Source: Sandaracinaceae bacterium
Lineage (GTDB): Bacteria > Myxococcota_A > Polyangia > Polyangiales > Sandaracinaceae
Reading direction: 5' to 3'
DNA: 64,000 bases
Assembly (NCBI GenBank): GCA_044220955.1
Contig: JBGAQA010000011.1
Span: forward strand, 32,001-96,000
Both the position numbers and the translations under genes were made by a program. Positions within the stretch are counted from its first letter, which is position 1. The number at the start of each line of letters is the position of its first letter. The notes under the pieces were generated by a model that had not been told where the DNA came from, ran no database searches, and saw nothing but the letters and a program-made list of their open reading frames with translations. Positions 17,986-27,894 of this stretch are shown one piece after another.

Positions 17986-19818
17986 ATGTCGTCCGACCCC
18001 GTCTCCCGAGAGCATCTGCGCAACATCTGCATCATCGCGCACGTCGATCACGGCAAGACGACGCTCGTGGACGCCATGCTCCGGCAGAGCGGCGTCTTCC
18101 GCACCGGCCAGGCGGTCGAAGAGCGCGTGATGGACAGCAACGATCTCGAGCGCGAGCGCGGGATCACGATCCTCGCCAAGCAGTGCTCGGTTCGCCGCGG
18201 CGACATCAAGATCAACATCGTCGACACGCCCGGCCACGCGGACTTCGGCGGCGAGGTCGAGCGCACGCTGCGCATGGCCGACGGTGTCCTCCTGCTCGTC
18301 GACGCGGCCGAGGGGCCGCTCCCCGGCACGCGCTTCGTGCTGGGCAAGTCGATCGAGCTCGGACACCGGATCATCGTGGTGATCAACAAGATCGATCGCC
18401 CGGACGCGCGCCCGGACGAGGTGCTGAACGAGATCTTCGACCTCTTCGTGGATCTCGAGGCCTCCGACGAGCAGACCGACTTCCCGGTCATCTACGCGAT
18501 CGGCAAGCTCGGTACCGCGAAGTACAAGCTCGAGGACGAGGGCAAGAACCTCGATCCGCTCTTCGACACCATCATCTCGAAGGTGCCGCCTCCGAAGGGC
18601 GACCCGAGCGCGCCGCTGCAGATCCTCGTCAACGACATCCAGCACGACGACTACGTCGGGCGCCTCGCGATCGGCCGCGTCGTGCAGGGCACGGTGAAGG
18701 ATCTCCAGATCATCACGCGGATGGCCGAGAACGGGCCCGTGAAGGAGAAGATCACCAAGGTCTTCGGCTTCGAGTCGATGAACCGCGTCGCCGTCGGGTC
18801 GGCCGGCGCGGGCGACATCGTCGCGCTCTCGGGCATGGAGGAGGTCGCGATCGGCGACACCATCGCCGACGCCGAGAACCCGACCGCGCTGCCGCGCATC
18901 CGCGTCGAGGAGCCGACCCTCAAGGTGACCTTCCTCGTGAACACCTCGCCCTTCGCCGGCAAGGCGGGCAAGTGGGTCACGTCGCGGCACCTGCGCGAGC
19001 GGCTCGAGAAGGAGGCCAAGCGCAACCTCGCGATGCGCTTCGAGCCGACCGACTCGCCCGACGTGTTCACGGTGTACGGCCGCGGCGAGCTGATGATCTC
19101 GGTGCTCCTCGAGACGATGCGGCGCGAGGGCTACGAGATGGCCGTCGGCATGCCCGAGGTCGTCGTGAAGGAGATCGACGGCGCCAAACACGAGCCGGTC
19201 GAGCTCGTGATCGTGGACGTGCCCGAGAGCTACGTCGGCGTCGTCACGACCTCGCTCGGCCAGCGGCGCGGCCAGATGGTCAAGATGACGAACCTCGGGT
19301 TCGGGCGCGCGCGCATGGAGTTCCGCGTGCCCTCGCGCGGGCTCATCGGGTTCCGCTCGGAATTCCTGACCGCGACGCGCGGCACGGGCCTCCTGAACAC
19401 GCAGTTCGATCGCTGGGAGCCCTACGCGGGGCCGATGCTCCGGCGCATCAACGGCGCGATGGTCGCGGACCGCACGGGCGAGTGCACGGCGTACGCGCTC
19501 GATCACCTCCAGCCGCGCGGCGTGCTCTTCGTGGTGCCGGGCGATCCGGTGTACGAGGGCATGGTCGTCGGCGAGCACAACCGCGAGAACGATCTCGACG
19601 TGAACATCGTCCGGGAGAAGAAGCTCAACAACGTCCGCATGAAGAACAAGGACGAGAACATCGTGCTCTCGCCCCCGCGGATCATCACGCTCGAGAACGG
19701 CCTCGAGATCATCGACCGCGACGAGCTGATGGAGGTCACGCCCGCCGGTGTGCGCCTGCGCAAGAAGATCCTCGAGACGAACAAGCGCCCCCGCCGCGAC
19801 GACGCCAAGTACGGCTGA
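17986..19818 (+). CDS. typA: Translational GTPase TypA/BipA
   Basis: AHVDHGKTTL, ERERGITI, DTPGHADFGGEVER, NKID, GRGEL, C-terminal EVTP..VRLRK. Confidence 0.97.
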   Translation: MSSDPVSREHLRNICIIAHVDHGKTTLVDAMLRQSGVFRTGQAVEERVMDSNDLERERGITILAKQCSVRRGDIKINIVDTPGHADFGGEVERTLRMADGVLLLVDAAEGPLPGTRFVLGKSIELGHRIIVVINKIDRPDARPDEVLNEIFDLFVDLEASDEQTDFPVIYAIGKLGTAKYKLEDEGKNLDPLFDTIISKVPPPKGDPSAPLQILVNDIQHDDYVGRLAIGRVVQGTVKDLQIITRMAENGPVKEKITKVFGFESMNRVAVGSAGAGDIVALSGMEEVAIGDTIADAENPTALPRIRVEEPTLKVTFLVNTSPFAGKAGKWVTSRHLRERLEKEAKRNLAMRFEPTDSPDVFTVYGRGELMISVLLETMRREGYEMAVGMPEVVVKEIDGAKHEPVELVIVDVPESYVGVVTTSLGQRRGQMVKMTNLGFGRARMEFRVPSRGLIGFRSEFLTATRGTGLLNTQFDRWEPYAGPMLRRINGAMVADRTGECTAYALDHLQPRGVLFVVPGDPVYEGMVVGEHNRENDLDVNIVREKKLNNVRMKNKDENIVLSPPRIITLENGLEIIDRDELMEVTPAGVRLRKKILETNKRPRRDDAKYG

Positions 19819-19964
19819 GCTCTGTTTCCGCGAGGGCCTGAGCGGCCCTCGCCCCGTGCCGAGTGAATCGGACACGGGGCCCCACTCCCCTCCGTCTCGT
19901 CGCTGCGCTCCTCGCGGGATTGCCGGGATTCGACGCGCACGATAGGAATCGTGCGGAACCAGCC

Positions 19965-20276
19965 ATGAAGCACACGATCGACACCGGTCTCGACAAGGCG
20001 CGCAGCAAGAAGGCGATCGACAGGGCGATGGACGAGTACAAGCGGCGCTTCGCCGAGTACACGCCGCGCTACGACTGGACGACCGACGACGCCGGCGAGT
20101 TCTCGTTCAACGCCAAGGGCATCAAGCTCGGCGGGACGATCAAGGTCCGCGACCACAAGGTCGACGTCGACATGGACGTGCCCTTCCTCTTCAAGATCTT
20201 CCAGGGTCGCGCGATGCAGGTGATCGAGGACCAGGTCGTGTTCTGGGTCGAGAAGGCCAAGAAGGGCGAGATCTGA
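19965..20276 (+). CDS. Putative polyhydroxyalkanoate-system protein (PHA_gran_rgn-like)
   Basis: Small protein with Y..R/W...F.F.AKG..L.G.I.V....V.VD..VPFLF pattern. Confidence 0.6.
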   Translation: MKHTIDTGLDKARSKKAIDRAMDEYKRRFAEYTPRYDWTTDDAGEFSFNAKGIKLGGTIKVRDHKVDVDMDVPFLFKIFQGRAMQVIEDQVVFWVEKAKKGEI

Positions 20277-20285
20277 ACCAGGACG

Positions 20286-20678
20286 TCACGGGGTCGGGCG
20301 GCAGGCCTCGGGGATCTCGATCTCGAGACGCTCGAGATCCGCACGGAAGCTCGCCAACGCGGCGGAGCAGGCGGCGGCGCGGGCGGGGCTCTCGACGAGC
20401 GACTGATCGAGCTGCTCCGCGGCGATGCGGGCCGGGCCTGCGAGCTCGGAGGGGGCGACGGCGGCGAAGGCGTCCGCGCAGGGCGCGACCCGCGCGCAGT
20501 CGGCGGCGTCGGCGGTCGGCTCGGAGGGCGAGGTCGAGGTCGAGGTCGAGGTCGAGGTCGAGGTCGAGGTCGAGGTCGAGGGCGAGGTCGAGGTCGAGGT
20601 CGAGGTCGAGGTCGAGGGCGGCGGGTCTTCGCCGCACGCGACGAGCAGGAGCACACCCAGCATCAGCCACCGCCGCAT
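20286..20678 (-). CDS. Small lipoprotein with Ser/Thr repeat stalk and Cys helical head
   Basis: Lipobox LVAC; (TS)n tract; C...C...C...C terminal domain. Confidence 0.65.
   Translation of the reverse strand: MRRWLMLGVLLLVACGEDPPPSTSTSTSTSTSPSTSTSTSTSTSTSTSTSPSEPTADAADCARVAPCADAFAAVAPSELAGPARIAAEQLDQSLVESPARAAACSAALASFRADLERLEIEIPEACRPTP
20530..20619. repeat. Coding hexamer repeat (GAGGTC)8-GAGGGC-(GAGGTC)5-GAGGGC
   Basis: Direct read; encodes the TS-repeat on the minus strand. Confidence 0.9.
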
Positions 20679-20718
20679 GCGTGCCATCTACCACGCCGCG
20701 GACTAGGCTCCGCGGCCG

Positions 20719-21873
20719 ATGAGCTCGCTCCGCGTCGTCTCGAGCCAGACGCCCGTCCGCGAGGACGACTGGCGCGCGCAGCTCCGCGGCGCGATCACGA
20801 CGATCGAGCAGCTCGAGCGCGCCTTCGCGCTCACGCCCGCCGAGCGCGCGGGCGCCGAGCGAGCCGTCCGGGAGGGACTGCCGCTCTCCATCACGCCCCA
20901 CTATGCCTCGCTGGCCGATCCGCACGACCCCGCGTGCCCCATCCGCATGCAGTGCGTGCCCACGGCGGCCGAGTCGGTCGAGGTGCCCGGCGATCTCCGC
21001 GATCCGCTCGGCGAGGAGGCGAACACCGTCGCGCCGCACCTCGTGCGCCGCTATCCGGACCGGGCGCTCCTGATCGCGACCGACCGCTGCTCGGTGTACT
21101 GCCGCTTCTGCACGCGCTCGCGCATCGTCGGCCAGGACGGGGGCGCACGCTCGCTCTCGGCGCTCGCGCCTGCGTTCGCGTGGCTGCGGGCGAACCCCGA
21201 GGTCGTCGACGTGATCGTCTCGGGCGGCGATCCGCTGGTCGCGAGTGACGAGCGCGTCGGCGCGATCCTCGCGGAGCTCGCCGCGGTCTCCTCGATCGAG
21301 ACCGTGCGCGTCGCGACGCGCGCGCCCGTCACGCTCCCCCAGCGCATCACGCCCGAGCTCTGCCGCGTGCTGCGCACGCACCCGTCGGTCTGGGTGATGA
21401 CCCACTTCAACCACCCGGCCGAGCTCGCGCCGGCCGCGACCGCCGCGCTCGCGTTGCTCGCCGATCACGGCATCCCGGTGATGAACCAGACGGTGCTGCT
21501 GCGCGGCGTGAACGACGACGCGAGCACGCTCGCCACGCTCTTCCGCGGGCTCGTGCGCCATCGCGCGCGCCCGTACTACCTGCTGCAGGCCGACCCGGTG
21601 CGCGGTACCTCGCACCTGCGCACGCCGATCGACACGGGCCTCGCGATCATGCGCGAGCTCTCGGGCCGCACGAGCGGCATCGCGCTGCCGAGGCTCGTGG
21701 TCGACACGCCGAACGGTCGCGGCAAGGTCGTGATCGCGCCCGACACCATCGTCCGGCGTGGCGGCGGGACCACGACCCTGCGCACGTTCCGCGGCGAGGA
21801 GGTCGACTACGTCGACCCGCCGCACGTGCCCTCGCCGCGCGGGCCGGGCGAGGGTGCCGATGGCGTTTCGTGA
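20719..21873 (+). CDS. kamA: KamA family radical SAM protein (lysine 2,3-aminomutase/EpmB-like)
   Basis: RRYPDR, CSVYCRFC (CxxxCxxC), SGGDPL, HFNHP.E, NQTVLLRGVND, GRGK PLP-Lys region. Confidence 0.9.
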   Translation: MSSLRVVSSQTPVREDDWRAQLRGAITTIEQLERAFALTPAERAGAERAVREGLPLSITPHYASLADPHDPACPIRMQCVPTAAESVEVPGDLRDPLGEEANTVAPHLVRRYPDRALLIATDRCSVYCRFCTRSRIVGQDGGARSLSALAPAFAWLRANPEVVDVIVSGGDPLVASDERVGAILAELAAVSSIETVRVATRAPVTLPQRITPELCRVLRTHPSVWVMTHFNHPAELAPAATAALALLADHGIPVMNQTVLLRGVNDDASTLATLFRGLVRHRARPYYLLQADPVRGTSHLRTPIDTGLAIMRELSGRTSGIALPRLVVDTPNGRGKVVIAPDTIVRRGGGTTTLRTFRGEEVDYVDPPHVPSPRGPGEGADGVS

Positions 21874-23407
21874 CGACGAGGCAGCGCTCCACGCGCGCAT
21901 CGAGTCGCTCGAGCGGGAGCTCGCGGAGGCGCGGACCGAGCTCGCGCGCCTCTCGGAGATCGAAGCCGAGCGCGACCGCCTGAAGCTCCGGCTCGAGGCG
22001 CTCGAGCCGAAGAAGCCGGTGCCGGCGGGGAGGCAGGCGGAGCGCTCGCGGGCCGAGCCGGGGCGTCGTTCCACGCCGTCCTTCGGGCTCCCGGTGCCGA
22101 GGACGCCTCAGGCGATGGTGCTCGCGGTGCTGGTCGCGATCCTGGTCTTCGGCCTGATCACCTATCTCCTCGCCGAGCGCAGCACCGACCGCCGCCCTCT
22201 CGCGGCCACGCCGAAGCCCGCGGACGCGCGCCCGCCCACGATCGGCGTCGTCGATCTGAGCGCGACGCCCGAGCCGGTGCCGATCGCGTTCACCGTCACG
22301 GGGACCGGGGACGCGCCGGATGGGTGCGCCGGCCACCTGCCCGACGCGCCGCAGCTCGTGCTGCGCACCACGACCCCCGCCCTGCTGCGCGTCACCACGC
22401 AGTGCGACGTGGACCTCGTCCTGGTGCTGACCGGCACGCCGGCCGGCGTGCTCTGCGACGACGACAGCGGCGAGGACGCCAACCCGCTGATCCAGACGAT
22501 GCTGCCGCCCGGCGAGGCGCGCCTGACCATCGGGACGTACTCGAGCGGCAACACGGCGAGCTGTGCGATCGAGCTGCACGCGAGCCCCCTCGCACCCGGA
22601 GTGGACGAGCACGGCCTGGCGTCCGGCGCCACGCCGCGCCTCGGCACCGTCTCGACCACGAGCGCCGAGACGTCGTTCGACGGGGTCGTGGCCGGCGCGC
22701 TGATCGAGGCCGATGCGGCCCAGCGAGGCTGCCCCGGGGTGATCGGGTCGGTTCCGGACCTCGCCCTGGACGTGAGCGAGCCCTCGATCGTCCGCGTCGA
22801 CGTCGCCTCGGGGCGCGATCTGGTGCTGATGATGCGCAGCCCCGACGGGTCGTTCACGTGCGACGACGACGACGGCGTCGGCACCAACCCGCGCATCGCC
22901 AAGCGCGTGCCGCCCGGCCACTACGCGGTGTGGGTGGGCGCGTACGACGCGAGCGGGGAGGGCGCGAGCTTCCACGCGGGCGTGCGCGTGACGACGCTCG
23001 CCGAGGAGGCGCGCGTCGTCGTCCCGACGCTCGACCTCGTCGACGGCTCGCCGACGCACGTGACCGGGACGTCGAGCGACGAGGTCTCCGCCTCGACGAT
23101 GTGGAGCGACTGCACCTCGCCGGGCTTCGTCCCCTACGAGCCGCAGGTCACGCTCCGCCTCGCGGCACGCCGCGACGTCGTCGTCGCCGATCCCGCGGTG
23201 ACCAGGCTCCTGGCGATCGTGCCGCGCGATGCCGCGTCGGCGAGGCGCCCGAGCTGTGTCGCCGAGGGGGCGTGGCGAGGCACGCTCGATCCGGGCGCGT
23301 ACGACCTCTACGTCGGGGTCCCGTCGGGCGACGATCCCCCCGGGCCCTTCGACCTGACGATCACGACGTCGGGGCCGAGCGTGCTCCCGTACACGCGCGG
23401 GCCCTGA
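21860..23407 (+). CDS. Single-pass membrane protein: N-terminal coiled coil plus three PPC-like beta-sandwich repeats
   Basis: MAFRDDEAALHARIESLE coiled coil, TM helix, repeats GC.G....P.L...D.VL...CDDD...NP.I...PG.Y.V.VG.Y; overlaps the kamA end. Confidence 0.7.
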   Translation: MAFRDDEAALHARIESLERELAEARTELARLSEIEAERDRLKLRLEALEPKKPVPAGRQAERSRAEPGRRSTPSFGLPVPRTPQAMVLAVLVAILVFGLITYLLAERSTDRRPLAATPKPADARPPTIGVVDLSATPEPVPIAFTVTGTGDAPDGCAGHLPDAPQLVLRTTTPALLRVTTQCDVDLVLVLTGTPAGVLCDDDSGEDANPLIQTMLPPGEARLTIGTYSSGNTASCAIELHASPLAPGVDEHGLASGATPRLGTVSTTSAETSFDGVVAGALIEADAAQRGCPGVIGSVPDLALDVSEPSIVRVDVASGRDLVLMMRSPDGSFTCDDDDGVGTNPRIAKRVPPGHYAVWVGAYDASGEGASFHAGVRVTTLAEEARVVVPTLDLVDGSPTHVTGTSSDEVSASTMWSDCTSPGFVPYEPQVTLRLAARRDVVVADPAVTRLLAIVPRDAASARRPSCVAEGAWRGTLDPGAYDLYVGVPSGDDPPGPFDLTITTSGPSVLPYTRGP

Positions 23408-23486
23408 CGCACGGGCGGGCACCTCGGGACCCGGGCCCGGGCCGAGGCATCGACACGCGCCCCAGCGTTACCTACCCTGGACCGAT

Positions 23487-24644
23487 ATGCGTACGTCGGT
23501 CGGCGGCTTCGTCTTCACGCTCGCGTGTCTGTCCTGCACCACCGCGCCGCCCGGGAGCGCGACCTGCGCGGCGGCCGACGTCGCGCGCTGCCTCGGCACG
23601 CAGCAAGCGTGCGATCCGACCGGGGGCGCCGCGACGTGCGAGCGCTGCGATCCCGGCGAGCACGCGAGCGCGCAGGGCCTCTGTGAGCCCATCTCCGGCA
23701 CGGCGCTCCGCCACGACTTCCCCGACCAGACCATCGCGGCGGGCTCCGAGTCGCTCCACAACTGCCGCAGCTGGACGCTGAACAACGCCGAGGATCTCTG
23801 GGTCACGGCCGTCGAGCTCACCCAGCACGAGGCGTCGCACCACTCCAACTGGACGTACGTTCCCGACACCATGTACGACGGTGCCGACGGCATCTGGCCC
23901 TGCACCGACCGCGGCTACGATCAGCTGAGCGCGGCGGTGGCGGGCGGCGTGGGCTCCGCGGAGAGCACGCACGCCGTGCACGAGGTGCAGGCCTTCCCCG
24001 AGGGCGCCGCCGTACGCATCCCGGCGCACTCGCGCATCGTGAGCGACATCCACCTGCTCAACGTCACCACCGCCGAGGTCACGGGGCACGTGACCCTGAG
24101 CCTCTACACGCTCCCGCGCGCGGAGGTCGTCACGCCGCTCACGCCCTTCCACATCACCTACCAGGATCTCGCGCTGCCGCCGCGCTCGCGCTCGCGCTAC
24201 GAGGCGAGCTGCGAGATCGCGAGCGGCTACCAGGCCAACGAGGGCTCGCCCCACCACATGCGCCTCTTCTACTCGCTGCCCCACACCCACGCGCTCGGTA
24301 CGCGCGTGTTCCTCTCGGCCGTCGGCGGCCCGCGGGACGGCGAGGTGCTCCTCGACGTGATGGGGACGCCGGGCGAGGCGCGCGGCATCGCGTACGCCGA
24401 GCCGATCGACCTCACGGGCGTCACCAGCCTGCACTTCGGGTGCGAGTTCGAGAACCCGCGCGCCGAGGTGGTGCACTGGGGATTCCAGGACCAGGAGATG
24501 TGCGAGATGCTCGGCTTCATCGAGTCGCCGCTGGCGTTCGAGAGCCGGATCGAGGCGACCGACACGATGGGCATGGACGGCACGACGCCGACCTTCTCGG
24601 GGCCGTGCAGCACGCTCTTCGTCACGCTGGCCAGCGGGATGTGA
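23487..24644 (+). CDS. Lipoprotein, copper type II ascorbate-dependent monooxygenase-like (PHM/DBH fold)
   Basis: SHHSNW (CuH), PHTHALG and EMCEM (CuM) ligand motifs; lipobox CLSC. Confidence 0.7.
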   Translation: MRTSVGGFVFTLACLSCTTAPPGSATCAAADVARCLGTQQACDPTGGAATCERCDPGEHASAQGLCEPISGTALRHDFPDQTIAAGSESLHNCRSWTLNNAEDLWVTAVELTQHEASHHSNWTYVPDTMYDGADGIWPCTDRGYDQLSAAVAGGVGSAESTHAVHEVQAFPEGAAVRIPAHSRIVSDIHLLNVTTAEVTGHVTLSLYTLPRAEVVTPLTPFHITYQDLALPPRSRSRYEASCEIASGYQANEGSPHHMRLFYSLPHTHALGTRVFLSAVGGPRDGEVLLDVMGTPGEARGIAYAEPIDLTGVTSLHFGCEFENPRAEVVHWGFQDQEMCEMLGFIESPLAFESRIEATDTMGMDGTTPTFSGPCSTLFVTLASGM

Positions 24645-24779
24645 TCACGACAGGAGAGCTCGCCACGGAGGGCCCGGACGGGAGAGCGGGCGCAGCCCGC
24701 GGACGGGAGGGGCCGGAGCGGCGAGCCGACGGAATTGCTGATCTGAATGCCGGCGCGGCCGCGCGCACCGGAGCGGCGC

Positions 24780-25844
24780 ATGACACGATGCGGATGGGCC
24801 GTGGTCGCGCTCGGGCTCGTGGCGGGCTGCGGCGGCGAGACGGGGCAGGGCGACGCGGGCGCGAGCGGCGGTGACGCCTGGCCCGGGCGCGACACGGGCG
24901 CGCTCGCGCCGGCCGACGGCGGACCCGGCGACGACGCGGCGCCCGTGGACGTCGACGCGGCGAGCGGCGCCTGCACGCCGACGGCGGGGACGGCGACGCA
25001 CGAGCCGGGCTGTGATCTCTTCCAGCTCGCCGTGATCGAGCACGACGGCGCGCCGAGCGAGCTGATCCTGACCGGGCGCATCTACTCCGTCACCGGCGCG
25101 AGCGGGGAGTGTGCGGTCGTCGACGGCGTCGACGTCGTGCAGGGCAGCGCGACGAGCCCGCTCGTGCAGCACCTCGACGGCGGCGCTTCGATCCTGCTCG
25201 ACTCGAGCGAGCGCGAGCTCGCGCGCGGCGTCCCGGTCGCGGCCATCTCGAGCGTCTGCGCCTCCGACGAGGCCGCGATGCGCTTCGACAGCTTCGGCAT
25301 CGTCGTCCGCGGGCGCGTCGACGGCGGCACGTTCGAGGCGCATTGCGCCCGCGCCGAGGGCGGAGGGCGCTGGCCGCCCGCGCTCCGCGTCACCTGCCAC
25401 CGCAACGTCGACGCGGCCCCGTACGCCGGCAACGCGAGCGTCACGAGCTCGAGCTTCATGGGGGTCCCTTATGCGTCCACGATGCTCTACGCGGCGGCCG
25501 CGCACGGGCCCAGCGGCGCGCTCACGAGCGTGGACGGGACGATCCACGTCATCGCGCAGCGCTCGATCTTCGACACGGGGACGCCCATCGCGTCCTTCGA
25601 CAGCACGGGATGGATGGGGTCGGCGAACGAGTCGGGCAGCACGCCCTCGTACTCCCAGCTCCAGGCGTTCGCGAGCAGCGCGCAGTTCGACACGGAGCTC
25701 TGCCCGCCCCCGATGACCGGTCCGCCGGGGCCTGGCTACGTCCCGCCGCCCGTGTTCCTCGCGCGGATGACCGGAGACGGCGGTCGGGGCTCCTACTCGA
25801 CCGAGGTGTTCGTCAACGGGTGCCACACGACGACGGGCCCGTGA
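24780..25844 (+). CDS. Hypothetical lipoprotein
   Basis: Lipobox VAGC, DAG/DGG linker typical of myxobacterial lipoproteins. Confidence 0.7.
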   Translation: MTRCGWAVVALGLVAGCGGETGQGDAGASGGDAWPGRDTGALAPADGGPGDDAAPVDVDAASGACTPTAGTATHEPGCDLFQLAVIEHDGAPSELILTGRIYSVTGASGECAVVDGVDVVQGSATSPLVQHLDGGASILLDSSERELARGVPVAAISSVCASDEAAMRFDSFGIVVRGRVDGGTFEAHCARAEGGGRWPPALRVTCHRNVDAAPYAGNASVTSSSFMGVPYASTMLYAAAAHGPSGALTSVDGTIHVIAQRSIFDTGTPIASFDSTGWMGSANESGSTPSYSQLQAFASSAQFDTELCPPPMTGPPGPGYVPPPVFLARMTGDGGRGSYSTEVFVNGCHTTTGP

Positions 25845-25876
25845 TCGTGGTATCTCTCCCGGCTCTGGGAGGGCCC

Positions 25877-26497
25877 ATGGCCGACGAAAACCAGGGCAAG
25901 CAGCCCTCGCTCGCGGACGAAGAGAAAGCCATCGGCGGCGGCGGCGGGAGCGGCACGATGGTCGCCGCGATCCTCGTGTTCGGCGTGCTCGCCGTCGGAA
26001 TCGCGGTGTTCGTGCTGCGCGGCAGCGGGGACAGCGAGTACAGCTCGCTCGGCCGCCAGGTCAACGGGATGCGCCAGGGGAACTTCGACCAGTTCTGGTC
26101 GTGCGCGCTCCCGCGCGAGGACATCCGCTCGCTGACCGGCAACGCGATGGTCCAGGCGGCGGTGCTGCAGCGCGCTCGCTCGAGCCCGAGCGCCTACGCG
26201 CACATCGTGCGCACGCAGTGCCTGCACTTCCTCTCGGACCAGACGCCGCTGCTCGCGCAGCTGATCGTCCCCGAGGACATGAACGAGAGCGTGACCCAGC
26301 TGCGCACGGCGTCGCAGGGGCAGATCGACGCGTGGAACGCGTACCTGACCTACCTCGAGCATCTCGGCGGCCCCTACGACTCCGAGGACACCGAGGGAGC
26401 CACGCTGCTCACGAACGTCGTGCGCGGCTGGTACGACTACCGCGTCGCGGTGCAGGCCGTGAACGCCGTGGTGTCGTCGCACGTGCACCCGGAGTGA
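25877..26497 (+). CDS. Hypothetical single-pass membrane protein
   Basis: GGAGGG RBS, one TM helix, helical periplasmic domain with two Cys. Confidence 0.7.
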   Translation: MADENQGKQPSLADEEKAIGGGGGSGTMVAAILVFGVLAVGIAVFVLRGSGDSEYSSLGRQVNGMRQGNFDQFWSCALPREDIRSLTGNAMVQAAVLQRARSSPSAYAHIVRTQCLHFLSDQTPLLAQLIVPEDMNESVTQLRTASQGQIDAWNAYLTYLEHLGGPYDSEDTEGATLLTNVVRGWYDYRVAVQAVNAVVSSHVHPE

Positions 26498-26608
26498 AGC
26501 GCGCGCGTCCCCGCAAGCGCTCTGGCCGCGGGGGCTGACGGATCGCACGCAGCCGAGCGGCGCCCGTTGGCGGAGCCGCGCTTCCGCGGCACCATCGCCT
26601 TCCCGCCC

Positions 26609-27763
26609 ATGCGCATCGCCATCCTCTCGCGCAACGACCGCTCGTACTCGACCGAGCGGATCGTCGAAGCCGCTCGAAAGCGCGGGCACCACGCGGAGGT
26701 GCTCGATCCGCTCCGCTTCGCCGTGAACGTCGAGGCCGACCACCCGAGCCTGCTCTACGGCGGGCTGCCGGTGGAGCACTACGACGCGGTCATCCCGCGG
26801 ATCGGCGCGTCGATCACGTTCTTCGGCACCGCCGTGGTGAGGCAGTTCGAGCAGATGGGTGTGTTCACCCTCAACGGCTCGCACGCGATCACGGTCGCGC
26901 GCGACAAGCTCCGCGCGCTGCAGGTGCTCTCGCGCCACTCGATCGGCTTCCCGGCGTCGTCGTTCGTCAAGCACCGCGACGACATCCTGCCCGCGATCGA
27001 TCGCCTCGGCGGCGCGCCCGTGATCATCAAGCTCCTCGAGGGCACGCAGGGGGTCGGCGTGATCCTCGCCGAGGATCGCCGCATCGCGCAGGCGATCGTC
27101 GAGACGCTCCAGAGCGCCCAGCAGAACGTGCTCATCCAGAAGTTCGTGGCCGAGAGCCGGGGGCGCGACGTCCGGGCGTTCGTCGTGGGCGGGCGGGTGG
27201 TGGCGGCGATGCGGCGCATCGCGACGGACGGCGAGTACCGTTCCAACGTGCACCGCGGCGGTCGCACCGAGGCGCTCCTGCTCTCCCCCGACGCCGAGCG
27301 CGTCGCGCTGCGGGCCGCACAGATCATGGGCCTGCGCGTGGCGGGCGTCGACATGCTCGAGTCGAACGAGGGGCCGCTGGTGATGGAGGTCAACAGCTCG
27401 CCCGGCCTCGAGGGCATCGAGGGCACGACGCGCATCGACATCGCGGGCGCGATCGTGCGCCTGTGCGAGGAGCAGGTGATCTTCCCCGACGTCGACCTCA
27501 AGCAGCGCCTCACGCTCGACAAGGGCTACGGCGTCGCGGAGCTCACCGTCTCGCGCACGAGCGAGCTCGCCAACAAGACGCTGGCGGCCTCGAGCCTCGG
27601 CGACCGTGACGTCCGGGTGCTCTCCATCCAGCGCGGCAGCCTGGCGATCCCCAACCCGCGCGGTGAGACGGAGCTGCTGCCCGGGGACGTCGTCCTCTGC
27701 TTCGGCAAGCTCAGCGCGCTGCGCGAGCTGATCCCCCGCGCATCGCTCCGGCAGAGCGCGTAG
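26609..27763 (+). CDS. rimK: RimK family alpha-L-glutamate ligase with C-terminal TrkA-C/RCK_C domain
   Basis: MRIAILSR..YST, PRIGASITFFG, RSNVHRGG, EVNSSPGLEGIE; extra C-terminal domain ELANKTL...VLSIQRG...P.G.T.L.PGD. Confidence 0.9.
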   Translation: MRIAILSRNDRSYSTERIVEAARKRGHHAEVLDPLRFAVNVEADHPSLLYGGLPVEHYDAVIPRIGASITFFGTAVVRQFEQMGVFTLNGSHAITVARDKLRALQVLSRHSIGFPASSFVKHRDDILPAIDRLGGAPVIIKLLEGTQGVGVILAEDRRIAQAIVETLQSAQQNVLIQKFVAESRGRDVRAFVVGGRVVAAMRRIATDGEYRSNVHRGGRTEALLLSPDAERVALRAAQIMGLRVAGVDMLESNEGPLVMEVNSSPGLEGIEGTTRIDIAGAIVRLCEEQVIFPDVDLKQRLTLDKGYGVAELTVSRTSELANKTLAASSLGDRDVRVLSIQRGSLAIPNPRGETELLPGDVVLCFGKLSALRELIPRASLRQSA

Positions 27764-27894
27764 GGGACCGTTCGAATTCTGGACGGTGCGCCCCAGCGAC
27801 GCCCCGGGAGGTGACCGAAGTGCGATCTCGACCCCGCAGAAACGCTCGCTCCGGCCCCGGCCCGGCTGGCCCGGCGCTTGCGCGGAGCGCGCTC

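Noticed and set aside
17543..27763. DxDP repeat peptide plus RimK ATP-grasp, KamA radical SAM and Cu monooxygenase as one RiPP (graspetide-like) cluster
   Set aside because: The peptide gene is isolated by terminators and separated from the enzymes by typA and unrelated genes. RimK and KamA look like canonical family members, with no RiPP-recognition features visible
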